Shown here one piece after another: positions 31,106 through 39,291 of a stretch of DNA of 64,000 nt (positions within the stretch are counted from its first letter, which is position 1; each line of letters opens with the position of its first letter). Source of the stretch: an uncultured delta proteobacterium (lineage in GTDB: Bacteria > Myxococcota > Myxococcia > Myxococcales > Anaeromyxobacteraceae); NCBI GenBank assembly GCA_963766715.1, contig CAVYBH010000008.1:512001-576000 (forward strand). The letters run 5' to 3'. The notes below the pieces were generated by a model. It was given only the letters and a program-made list of their open reading frames with translations. It ran no database searches and had not been told where the DNA came from. Made by a program: the position numbers and the translations under genes.

Positions 31106-32656
31106 CTACCGGCGGGGAGCGGCCGGCGCGGGCGCGGAACGGGAGGACGGGGCGGGAGCCGGGGCGGAGCGCGGCGCCGGCGCCGAGTACCTGGGCGCGG
31201 CGCCCGACGGGGTCGAGTAGCGCGGCGCAGGTCCGGGAGGCCGCGGGCCGGGAGCCGTGCCGGGGCGAGGCGGAGGAGGCCGGTACCCCGGGTAGTAGGG
31301 CTGCGGCCCCGGGTAGTAGGGAGGGCGTCCGGGGTAGTAGGGAGGCGCGTAGGCCGGGCCCCAGTACGACGGGTAGCCCCACCAGGGCGCGCCACCCCAG
31401 CCCGGCGCGCCGACCCAGCCCGGGCCCCAGAACGGCCCCCAGGCGGGCGGCGCGATCCAGACGTTCACGTACGGTGCAGGGGAAGGAACCACCGTCACGA
31501 CGTCGGCGCCGAAGTCCCCGCCGGGCACGGCGACCGCGCCCTGCTGTCCGGCCTGCTGTCCGGCCGCGGCCTGGGCCGCCGCCTCGTCGGCCGACTTCTG
31601 CTCGGCCGCCCCGATCCCGAAGGGGTCGGCGTTCGGCGTGGGCGGGGGCGGTGGCGGAGAGGGCTGGCCCGCCGTGGAGCCCGCCGCCCCGGGCGCCTGG
31701 GCGATCTCGTCGGACGCCTGCTCGGGGCGCTGCTCCAGGATGAAGGTCGCGCCGCCGGGGTCGGCGACCACCGCGAACTGCGGCCCCTTCGCGCCCGGCG
31801 TGCGGAGCACGCGGCCGCCGAGCTCGGTGACCTTGGCGAGCGCGACCGGCAGGTCCTTCACCACCACGTAGGGCAGCCACTGGGCCGGGACCTTCTCGAA
31901 GGGCATCCGCGCCGCCCGCGCCCGGGGGCGGCCGCTCGACGCGTAGATCCAGGTGGCCGACGCCCCGCTGCCGACCTGCCAGGTGTCGTAGCCGACCACC
32001 GTCTTGTAGAAGGTGGCCGATCCCTTCAGGTCGTCGGTCCACAGCTCGGCCCAGATCCATCCGGGCGGAGGCGCGTCGGCGTCGACGGGATCGCCACCGG
32101 CGGCGGAGATGAGGACGAACTGGGCGCCGCGCGGGTCGGAGACCGCCGCGTACCGTCCGCGCGTTCCCAGGCTGCCCGGCCCTTCCATGACCCGTCCACC
32201 GGCCCGCTGGACGGCGGCGGCGGCCTTGGCCACGTCGGGCACCGACACGAGCGGCATCCAGCGCGCCTGCGGCGTCGCGGCTCCCGACTTGGGAGCGGGC
32301 ATCTGGAGGATGCCGGCCACCGGCGTGGCCCCGTCCCGGGCGAGCAGGTAGTTGCCGCGGTCCTCGAAGGTCCAGCCCAGGACGCCCGCGTAGAAGGGCC
32401 TCGCCGCCGCCGGATCGAGCGTGAGCAGGTCGAACCAGACCACCTTGCCGGGGAGCCGCTTCCCGGTGGGCGCCGGGGCGATGGGCGGGAGGTCGATCTT
32501 CGGGGGCGTCGCGGGGGTCGGGGTCGCGGCGGGCGGGGTCCCGGCGGGCGCTGCATCGGCGGGCGCGGCGGGGGCCGGGGACTGGGCCACGGCGGGGCCG
32601 GCCAGCATCGCGGCGGCGATCCCGGCGGCCAGCAGTGACGTTCGGTGACGGGTCAT
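31106..32656 (-). CDS. Secreted two-domain VOC/glyoxalase-family protein with a Pro/Tyr/Gly-rich tail
   Basis: Signal peptide; WFDL..FY..VLGW, GRYAAVSDP.GA, WAEL, DPGGA. Confidence 0.8.
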   Translation of the reverse strand: MTRHRTSLLAAGIAAAMLAGPAVAQSPAPAAPADAAPAGTPPAATPTPATPPKIDLPPIAPAPTGKRLPGKVVWFDLLTLDPAAARPFYAGVLGWTFEDRGNYLLARDGATPVAGILQMPAPKSGAATPQARWMPLVSVPDVAKAAAAVQRAGGRVMEGPGSLGTRGRYAAVSDPRGAQFVLISAAGGDPVDADAPPPGWIWAELWTDDLKGSATFYKTVVGYDTWQVGSGASATWIYASSGRPRARAARMPFEKVPAQWLPYVVVKDLPVALAKVTELGGRVLRTPGAKGPQFAVVADPGGATFILEQRPEQASDEIAQAPGAAGSTAGQPSPPPPPPTPNADPFGIGAAEQKSADEAAAQAAAGQQAGQQGAVAVPGGDFGADVVTVVPSPAPYVNVWIAPPAWGPFWGPGWVGAPGWGGAPWWGYPSYWGPAYAPPYYPGRPPYYPGPQPYYPGYRPPPPRPGTAPGPRPPGPAPRYSTPSGAAPRYSAPAPRSAPAPAPSSRSAPAPAAPRR

Positions 32657-32663
32657 GTCGTCC

Positions 32664-33728
32664 TCACGGGGGCCACGGGCCCGGGTCCTCGAGCGAGGCG
32701 CGCTCGTCGAGGCCCAGCACCACGTTCATGTTCTGGATCGCCTGGCCGGCGCCGCCCTTCACGAGGTTGTCGATGGCCGCGATGACCGTGACGGTGCGCT
32801 TGCCGCGCCAGGCAGGGCCGGCGGCCACGCCCACCTCGGCGTGGTTCGACCCGGACACGGCCGCCACCTCGGGCAGCCGGCGGGCCGGGACGCGGACGAA
32901 CGGCTCCCCGGCGTAGCTCTCGCGGTAGAGGGCGGCGAGCCGCTCCTCGGTCCACGCCTCCGGGAGCTCGAGGAACGACGTCGCCAGGATCCCGCGGACG
33001 AGCGGCGCCGAGACCGGCACGAAGCGCAGCTGGAGGTCCCGGGCGCCCGCCGCGGCGAGCGTCTCCACGATCTCGGGCACGTGCTGGTGCCACAGGGGCT
33101 TGTAGGCGCGCAGGTTCCCGGCCCGGGTGGGGTGGTGGGTGGTGGCCTGCGGGGCCGCGCCCGAGCCGGAGCTGCCGGTGATGCCCTGGACGTGGACCAC
33201 GCCGTCGAGGAGGCCGGCCCGGGCGAGCGGGAGGAGCGAGAGCTCGATGGCGGTGGCGAAGCAGCCCGGGGACGCGACGAGGCGGGCCGACCGGATCCGC
33301 TCCCGGTAGAGCTCCGGGAGACCGTAGACGAACCGCCCGAGCAGCTCCGGGTGCGGGTGCTTCTGGCCGTAGTAGGTCTCGTAGGCGGCCGGATCGAGGA
33401 GCCGGAAGTCGCCCGACATGTCGACGACCTTCACCGAAGGCAGGGCGACGATCTCGGGGACCTTCAGCGCGGTCACCTTGTGCGGCAGCCCGAGCAGGAC
33501 CACGTCCATGCCGTCGGCCGCGGCCGCCGGAGCGAGGTCCTGGAAGACGAGGTCGGTGCGCCCCTCGAGCGATGGATGGGCGGCGGAGAGCGGCTCCCCC
33601 ACGAGGTCCACCGACGCCACCCGCGCCAGCTCGACGTCGGGGTGGAGGAGGAGGCGACGGATCATCTCCGCGCCACCGTAGCCGGAGCCGCCGATCACCG
33701 CGGCCCGGAACCGCTTGCGTCCTGCCAT
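32664..33728 (-). CDS. argC: N-acetyl-gamma-glutamyl-phosphate reductase
   Basis: GGSGYGG, DMSGDFR, YGLPE, PGCFAT, DNLVKGGAGQA. Confidence 0.93.
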   Translation of the reverse strand: MAGRKRFRAAVIGGSGYGGAEMIRRLLLHPDVELARVASVDLVGEPLSAAHPSLEGRTDLVFQDLAPAAAADGMDVVLLGLPHKVTALKVPEIVALPSVKVVDMSGDFRLLDPAAYETYYGQKHPHPELLGRFVYGLPELYRERIRSARLVASPGCFATAIELSLLPLARAGLLDGVVHVQGITGSSGSGAAPQATTHHPTRAGNLRAYKPLWHQHVPEIVETLAAAGARDLQLRFVPVSAPLVRGILATSFLELPEAWTEERLAALYRESYAGEPFVRVPARRLPEVAAVSGSNHAEVGVAAGPAWRGKRTVTVIAAIDNLVKGGAGQAIQNMNVVLGLDERASLEDPGPWPP

Positions 33729-33786
33729 GATCAAACCTTATACCGGCTCGGCCGCGCTGGCACGCGGGCCGATGGAGGTCGACTGC

Positions 33787-34935
33787 GTGGATCGCCCGCT
33801 CGAAATCGCCGTCTCCTGGCTGGCCGCGCAGCGCCCCGCGATGGAGGCCCTGCTGCGCCGCCTCGTCGACCAGAACTCCTTCACGCGAAACGTCGCCGGG
33901 GTGAACGCGGTCGCCGGGGTGCTGGAGGACGAGCTGCGCGCCACCGGCCTCGACGTGGAGCGGATCCCCGGGAAGGACTTCGGCGACCATCTCCACTTCT
34001 CGTCCCGCGGCGCCGGGCCGTTCACCTTCCTCATCGGCCACTCCGACACCGTCTTCCCGCCGGGCACCTTCGAGGGCTACCGGCAGGAGGGCGAGCGCGC
34101 CCTGGGGCCGGGCGTCCTCGACATGAAGGGCGGCCTGGTGGTGGAGATCTTCGCGCTGCGCGCGCTCGCTCGCGCCGGCCTGCTCGATCGGATCGCGGTC
34201 CGCGGCATCGTGGTGGGCGACGAGGAGGCGGGCTCGCCGGAGTCGCAGCCGCTCACCGTGGAGAAGGTGCGCGGGGCCGGCGCGGCGCTGGGGCTCGAGT
34301 CGGGCCGGTCGAAGGATCTCATCGTCACGCGGCGGAAGGGGATCGCCTCGCTCGACGCGCGCGCCCACGGCGTCGCGGCCCACGCCGGCGGCGATCACGA
34401 GAAGGGAAAGAACGCCATCTGGGCCCTCTCCCGGTTCGTCGACCGCGTGCAGTCCCTCACCGACTACGCGCGCGGCGTCACCGTGAGCGTGGGGCGGATC
34501 GAGGGCGGGACGACGCGCAACACGGTTCCGGCCGCGGCCCGGTGCGAGGTCGACGTGCGCTTCCTGGTTCCCGACGACGGCGCGGAGGTGCTGTCCCGCA
34601 TCGACCTCGCCGCCCGGGACGCCGCCGTCCCCGGGACCCGCGTGGAGGTGCTGCGCGCGGGCAGCCGGCCGGCGCTGGTTCGGACCGACGCGTCCGCCGC
34701 GCTCGCGGCCGGCTACGGGTCCTGCCAGCGCGAGGCCGGCCTGGGCGAAGGCGAGGCGCCGCTCTCGGGGGGCGGGTCGGACGCCTCGGTGACCGGCGCG
34801 TCGGGCGTCCCGTCGATCGACGGGCTCGGCCCCCGCGGCGCGGGCTTCCACACGCACGACGAGTTCATCGAGCTCGGGTCGCTGGTCCCCAAGGCCGAGG
34901 CGCTGGTCCGGTTCCTGGCCCGGACGGGAGCGTAG
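33787..34935 (+). CDS. M20-family metallopeptidase (carboxypeptidase G2/ArgE-like)
   Basis: GHSDTV, DMKGG, DEEAGS, AHAG, GGSD, HT.DE. Confidence 0.88.
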   Translation: MDRPLEIAVSWLAAQRPAMEALLRRLVDQNSFTRNVAGVNAVAGVLEDELRATGLDVERIPGKDFGDHLHFSSRGAGPFTFLIGHSDTVFPPGTFEGYRQEGERALGPGVLDMKGGLVVEIFALRALARAGLLDRIAVRGIVVGDEEAGSPESQPLTVEKVRGAGAALGLESGRSKDLIVTRRKGIASLDARAHGVAAHAGGDHEKGKNAIWALSRFVDRVQSLTDYARGVTVSVGRIEGGTTRNTVPAAARCEVDVRFLVPDDGAEVLSRIDLAARDAAVPGTRVEVLRAGSRPALVRTDASAALAAGYGSCQREAGLGEGEAPLSGGGSDASVTGASGVPSIDGLGPRGAGFHTHDEFIELGSLVPKAEALVRFLARTGA

Positions 34936-35812
34936 CCACCTCGATCCGGGCGCCGGCCCCGACGCCGTGCGCCGCGCACCACCCGCCCGGCGCCTCGAGG
35001 ACCTCGGACACCGGTCCGCGCGACAGGTGCTGGCGCAGCCGGAGCGGCTCCGCCCGCTCCGCCACGTTCACCACCCGTCCGTCGTCGCCGACGAAGAGGA
35101 TGTCGAGCGGCAGGCGCGTGTTCTTCATCCAGAACCCGTGGCGTCCGGGCGCCGGGAAGCGGAAGAGCATGCCCTCGTCGGGCGCCAGCGCGCCGCGGAA
35201 CATGAGCCCGACCTCGATCTCCTCCCACCGGGTGACGAGCTCGGCGTGGACCACGCCGCCCCCGCCGCCGGGCGCCTCGACGCGCACCCGCACGCGGGGG
35301 TTGGCCCGCACGAGCCGGACCTCCGAGCCGGTCCACCCGTCCACGTAGAGATTGCAGCCCGGCTCGCGGCGGAGGTGGCGAAGCGGGCGGTCCGCGAGCG
35401 CGAGGGCCTCCACGCCGAGGCGGGCGCTCGCGCTGTCCGGGTAGCTCCAGCCCGGCGGCACCGCGACGTCGAGCCCCTCCGAGCCGGACCGGCGCGCCGC
35501 GAGCACCGGGCCGCCGTCCGGTGCGCGGACCACCGCCAGCTCGAGCCAGGGCCACCACAGCCACGGACCGCCGTGCGGGTCGACGACCGCCAGCTCGGCG
35601 GGCTCGCCGCCGCGGACGGGCCGGAGGCCTTCCCGCGCGAGCTGCCGCAGGGCTTCCTCGAGCGACTCGGGGTCGGCGAAGGAGAGCGCCGTGAGGAGGC
35701 CGTCGTCGGCGAGCCAGCGGGCCCCCAGCGCGGACGCGCCGAGGCCCGGAGCGGCCGCGCGAAGCCGGCCGGTTTCCACCACGACCGACGTCATCTCGAC
35801 GAGGACCGGCAT
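34865..35812 (-). CDS. Uncharacterised N-terminal domain fused to a C-terminal DUF192 domain
   Basis: GLMFR, GMLF, FWMKNTRLPLDILF, VLE..GG. Confidence 0.75.
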   Translation of the reverse strand: MPVLVEMTSVVVETGRLRAAAPGLGASALGARWLADDGLLTALSFADPESLEEALRQLAREGLRPVRGGEPAELAVVDPHGGPWLWWPWLELAVVRAPDGGPVLAARRSGSEGLDVAVPPGWSYPDSASARLGVEALALADRPLRHLRREPGCNLYVDGWTGSEVRLVRANPRVRVRVEAPGGGGGVVHAELVTRWEEIEVGLMFRGALAPDEGMLFRFPAPGRHGFWMKNTRLPLDILFVGDDGRVVNVAERAEPLRLRQHLSRGPVSEVLEAPGGWCAAHGVGAGARIEVATLPSGPGTGPAPRPWGPATRAR

Positions 35813-35838
35813 CTCGGATCTCGGGCCCGGACCGGCGG

Positions 35839-36156
35839 CTACGCCGGCGGACCCGCCTCCCCGTCGTCCTCGCCCTCGTACCAGGCGTCGTGGGCGGACC
35901 AGCGGTGGCAGGCGAGGCACATCGTCCGGGTCCACTGGTGCGCGCACTCCGGGCAGCGGCCCCGGGTCTGGAAGGTGTTCCACACCGCGCCGCAGGCGCA
36001 CTGCCATAGGCTCCCGGCGTCGGGCTGCCAGCGGCACAGCGGGCAGCGGATGCGGGGCGCTCGCCGGCGCGGGCTCTTCCCCAGGACGAGGTCGAGGAGC
36101 GGACCCGGACCGCCGGGCTCGTCGCGCCCGGTGTCGAGCAGGCGATGCGATTCCAT
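35839..36156 (-). CDS. Small Cys-rich putative double zinc-finger protein
   Basis: CPLC, CAC, WNTF, CPEC, CLAC, H..WY. Confidence 0.7.
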   Translation of the reverse strand: MESHRLLDTGRDEPGGPGPLLDLVLGKSPRRRAPRIRCPLCRWQPDAGSLWQCACGAVWNTFQTRGRCPECAHQWTRTMCLACHRWSAHDAWYEGEDDGEAGPPA

Positions 36157-36213
36157 GGGTTCATCTTGCCACCGGCGACGGACACGGGCGACCGGCCTCG
36201 TCCTGGCGGGACG

Positions 36214-36337
36214 GCCAGTTCAACCGGTTGAACTGGACCTGGTGGCGCTCGGGAAGTCGATCGAGCCGATCCAGACGATTCGATCGGTTCGAGCGGTTCT
36301 GGCGGTTCCGCCAGTTCAACCGTTGAACTGGACCTGG
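36214..36337. repeat. Two direct copies of a palindrome flanking a 9-bp periodic array
   Basis: GCCAGTTCAACC(G)GTTGAACTGGACCTGG at 36214-36242 and 36310-36337; seven C(G/A)(G/A)TYNNNN units at 36258-36320. Confidence 0.85.
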
Positions 36338-36338
36338 C

Positions 36339-37375
36339 CTACGGCGGTGGGCCGGCCCGGACGACCCGGGCCTTCCCCCAGCAGGCGAGCACCTTCCGCC
36401 CCGCCTCGGCGCGTCCCGCCTCGTCCCCGGGCGCGAACCTCGCCACGGCGAAGCGGGGCGCCTGGGCCGGGACCTGGCGGAAGCTCGGGTCCACCGCGAT
36501 CCACCTGCGCGACGCCGCGACCTCCACCCACTCGTGCCAGACGAAGCGCGCGCCGTCCCAGGCCACGCCCACCACGAACCGGCCGGACAGGCCGTCGTCC
36601 TTCGCGGTCCGGAGGTAGGCGGCGCTCCGCTCCTGGCAGCCTCCCCGCTCGGGGAAGTCGCGCGGCACGCCCGGGGGCGGAGGCGACGGGTCCGGCGGCT
36701 CGGGCGGGAGGCCGCAGAAGAGGAGCGCCTGCTCGGCCTCGGCGCCCGGCGGCGCGGGGACCACGCCCCCGAAGGTGGCCGGGGCGCTCGCCGGGACGGC
36801 TGCCGACGCGTCGACGACGAAGCGCGTTCCCTGGGCGGGCAGGAGGACCTCGTCGGGCAGGCCGCCGGGGCTCGCGCGGAAGCGCACCGGCTCGCCGAGC
36901 ACCTCGCCCTCGAGCCAGGCCCCCCTCCGCGTCGCACAGGCCTTCCCTGCCGCCCGAGCTCCGCGTCCTCCACCTCCAGGCAGCGGCGCTCGCCCTCCGG
37001 GGTCGCGGCGAGCAGGGCCTCGGCGACGATCGACGCCACGGCCTCTCCGCCCGCCGCGCGCCGCTTCCCGCCTGCCTCCGCCTCGAGGAGCGCGCCCTCG
37101 CGATCGGTGACCACCTCGACCCGGCGCCGGGTCACGCCGCCGCCGCCGGCCTCGGGAAGCCGCATGGCGGTCTCGAAGACCGCGGTGCACCGGCCCCGCT
37201 CGCAGCGCACCGAGAGCGTCGCCACCCCGACGCTCTCCCCGCCGATCTCCACGCGGTACCGGCGCGAGGCCGCCTCGGGCAGCGCGGCCAGCGCCGGCAA
37301 CGCGGCCAGCGACGCCAGCGACGTCACCGCGAGGAGGGCGGCCAGCGCGAGGCGCAGGAGCAGGCTCGCCCTCAC
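36339..37375 (-). CDS. Secreted transglutaminase-like protein; indel near 36945
   Basis: Signal peptide; Cys-His-Asp triad in GCQERS, WHEWVEV, WIAVDPS. Confidence 0.78.
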
Positions 37376-38004
37376 CTCCGCCTCCGGCGCGCCGCCGCGA
37401 GGGCGAAGCGGGCGACGAGGAAGGCCGCCACCACGGCCATGAGCACCCAGGCCACCGTCGTGTAGCGCTCGAGCCAGTGCACGAACTCGGAGAGGTTCGA
37501 GACCAGGAACGCCCCGACGAGGAGCAGGAGCGCGTTCCAGGCCGCCGCCGAGATGCCGCCCCAGAGGAGCACCTTGCCCACCGGCAGCCGGGCCGCGCCC
37601 GCCCCCACGAAGAGGAAGGCCCGGATTCCCGGCAGGAAGCGGTTCGCGAGCAGGAACCACTCGCCCCAGCGCGCGTAGCCCGCCTCCACCCGGCGCACGT
37701 GCTCGAGGGTGATGAGCCCGCGACGCTTCGCCCCCCGCTCCAGCGCGGCCCCGATCGAGACGCCGATGCGGTAGTCGATCCAGGCGCCCAGCACCGCGCC
37801 GGCGGTGACGGCGACGAAGGCGACCGGCCAGGAGATCTTCCCGTTCACCGCGTACCAGGCGCCGAGCACGACGAGCGTGTCCCCCGGGAAGGGCGGGAAG
37901 ACGTACTCGATGAGGCTGCCCAGGAAGAGGATGGCCGGCGCCGCCGGCCCGGTCTCCGCGAGGGCCTCGCTGAGGGTCGCGACCACGCGCTCGAGCGGGC
38001 TCAC
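37372..38004 (-). CDS. DedA-family membrane protein
   Basis: E.VFPPFPGD, DYRIG, NRFLPGIR. Confidence 0.88.
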   Translation of the reverse strand: MSPLERVVATLSEALAETGPAAPAILFLGSLIEYVFPPFPGDTLVVLGAWYAVNGKISWPVAFVAVTAGAVLGAWIDYRIGVSIGAALERGAKRRGLITLEHVRRVEAGYARWGEWFLLANRFLPGIRAFLFVGAGAARLPVGKVLLWGGISAAAWNALLLLVGAFLVSNLSEFVHWLERYTTVAWVLMAVVAAFLVARFALAAARRRRR

Positions 38005-38054
38005 CGGGCCATGGTAGACCGGCGGGGGCCTCCCTGCTAATCATCGCGCCTCCG

Positions 38055-39245
38055 ATGTCGCAGTCCGGCAGAGAACGCCTCCGCAGCGCCGCCCCCTACC
38101 TCGTCGCCACCGCCTGGCTGGTGCTGGGATGGGCTTTCCTCGTCCGCGGCGTGGATCACCCCGGCGTGGCCTATCGCCCCTGGGCGTTCCGCCACCACGC
38201 CTACTCCGACCTGCTGGCGATGACCGGGGATCGGTACCTCCACGGCGGCCGTCCGCTGCCGTACGTGGAGGATCGGATCGAGTACCCGGTGCTGCTCGGG
38301 GTGGCGCTCTGGGCGCCCTCGTTCCTCCCGGGCGGCCAGGTCGTCCACTTCACGGTGAGCGTCTTCGCGCTCTGGCTCTGCCTGATGGCCTCGGTGGCCG
38401 TGCTGCGGCGCCTCCCCGGGGCGAGCCCCTGGTGGCTGGCCGCCACGCCCGCGCTCGCCTACTTCGGCGCGCTCAACTGGGACCTCCTGCCCATCGCGCT
38501 CCTCCTCGGCGCGGTGCTGGCCGCGGAGCGGGACCGGCCCGGCCGCGCCGGTGCGCTGGCCGCGCTGGGGGTGTCGGCCAAGCTCTGGCCGGTGGCGCTC
38601 CTGCCCGGGGCGATCTCCGCGATGGCCTCCGGCCGGAGGTGGGCCGGGCTCGTCCGCGCCGGCGCCGCCTTCCTCCTCGTCACGCTGGCGGTGAACCTGC
38701 CGGTGGCGCTCACGGCGCCCGGGAACTGGAGCTGGTTCTGGCGCTTCAACGGGGGGCGCTCGGCCGAGAACTCGGTGTGGGAGGTGCTCGGGGTGACGAG
38801 CCCCCCGCTCCTGAACGCGCTGGCCAGCGCCGTCCTGCTGGCCGCCGTCCTCACCGCGGCCCTCCTCGCCTGGCGGGCCGCCCCGGCTTCCCGGTGGCGC
38901 GCGGTCCGGCTCGGGACGGCGCTCGTCCTCGTCGCCTGGGTGGCGTCGAACAAGGTCTGGAGCCCGCAGTACGCGCTCTACGCCTTCGCCGCAGGCGCGC
39001 TGGTGGCCGGGCCGCGCTGGCTCTTCCTCGCGCTGGCCGCCGTCTCGATCGTGGACTACCACCTGGCCTTCGAGGTCCGGGCGGAGCGCGGCGTGCTCTG
39101 GTTCTTCGACGGCTGGTACTACGCGGAGGAGCTCCTGCGGACGGCGATCTATGCCGCCTTCGCCGGATGGATCCTCCTCGAGCTCCTGGCCACGCGGGCG
39201 GCGCGGACCGGGCGCGAGGCGCCGGCGGGCGGGGAATCGGCGTGA
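38055..39245 (+). CDS. GT87/DUF2029-like GT-C membrane glycosyltransferase
   Basis: YSD, IEYPVL, NWDL, AKLWP, NKVWSPQY. Confidence 0.78.
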   Translation: MSQSGRERLRSAAPYLVATAWLVLGWAFLVRGVDHPGVAYRPWAFRHHAYSDLLAMTGDRYLHGGRPLPYVEDRIEYPVLLGVALWAPSFLPGGQVVHFTVSVFALWLCLMASVAVLRRLPGASPWWLAATPALAYFGALNWDLLPIALLLGAVLAAERDRPGRAGALAALGVSAKLWPVALLPGAISAMASGRRWAGLVRAGAAFLLVTLAVNLPVALTAPGNWSWFWRFNGGRSAENSVWEVLGVTSPPLLNALASAVLLAAVLTAALLAWRAAPASRWRAVRLGTALVLVAWVASNKVWSPQYALYAFAAGALVAGPRWLFLALAAVSIVDYHLAFEVRAERGVLWFFDGWYYAEELLRTAIYAAFAGWILLELLATRAARTGREAPAGGESA

Positions 39246-39291
39246 GCGGGCGGGGGCGGGCGGCGGGGAACGGCGAGCGGCGGGAGGCGGC

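Noticed and set aside
36214..36337. CRISPR array interpretation of the twin palindromes
   Set aside because: Only two repeats, a 67-bp spacer that is itself periodic, and no cas genes or leader in the window.
36161..36337. Coding x-N/D-R tripeptide repeat (RNRQNRSNRSNRLDRLDR)
   Set aside because: It lies after the true stop of the transglutaminase-like gene at 36339 and has no start codon or RBS. It is treated as non-coding.
37280..37335. 9/18-bp repeats at the start of the transglutaminase-like gene
   Set aside because: A simple low-complexity expansion in the signal-peptide region (SLASLAALPALAALPE).
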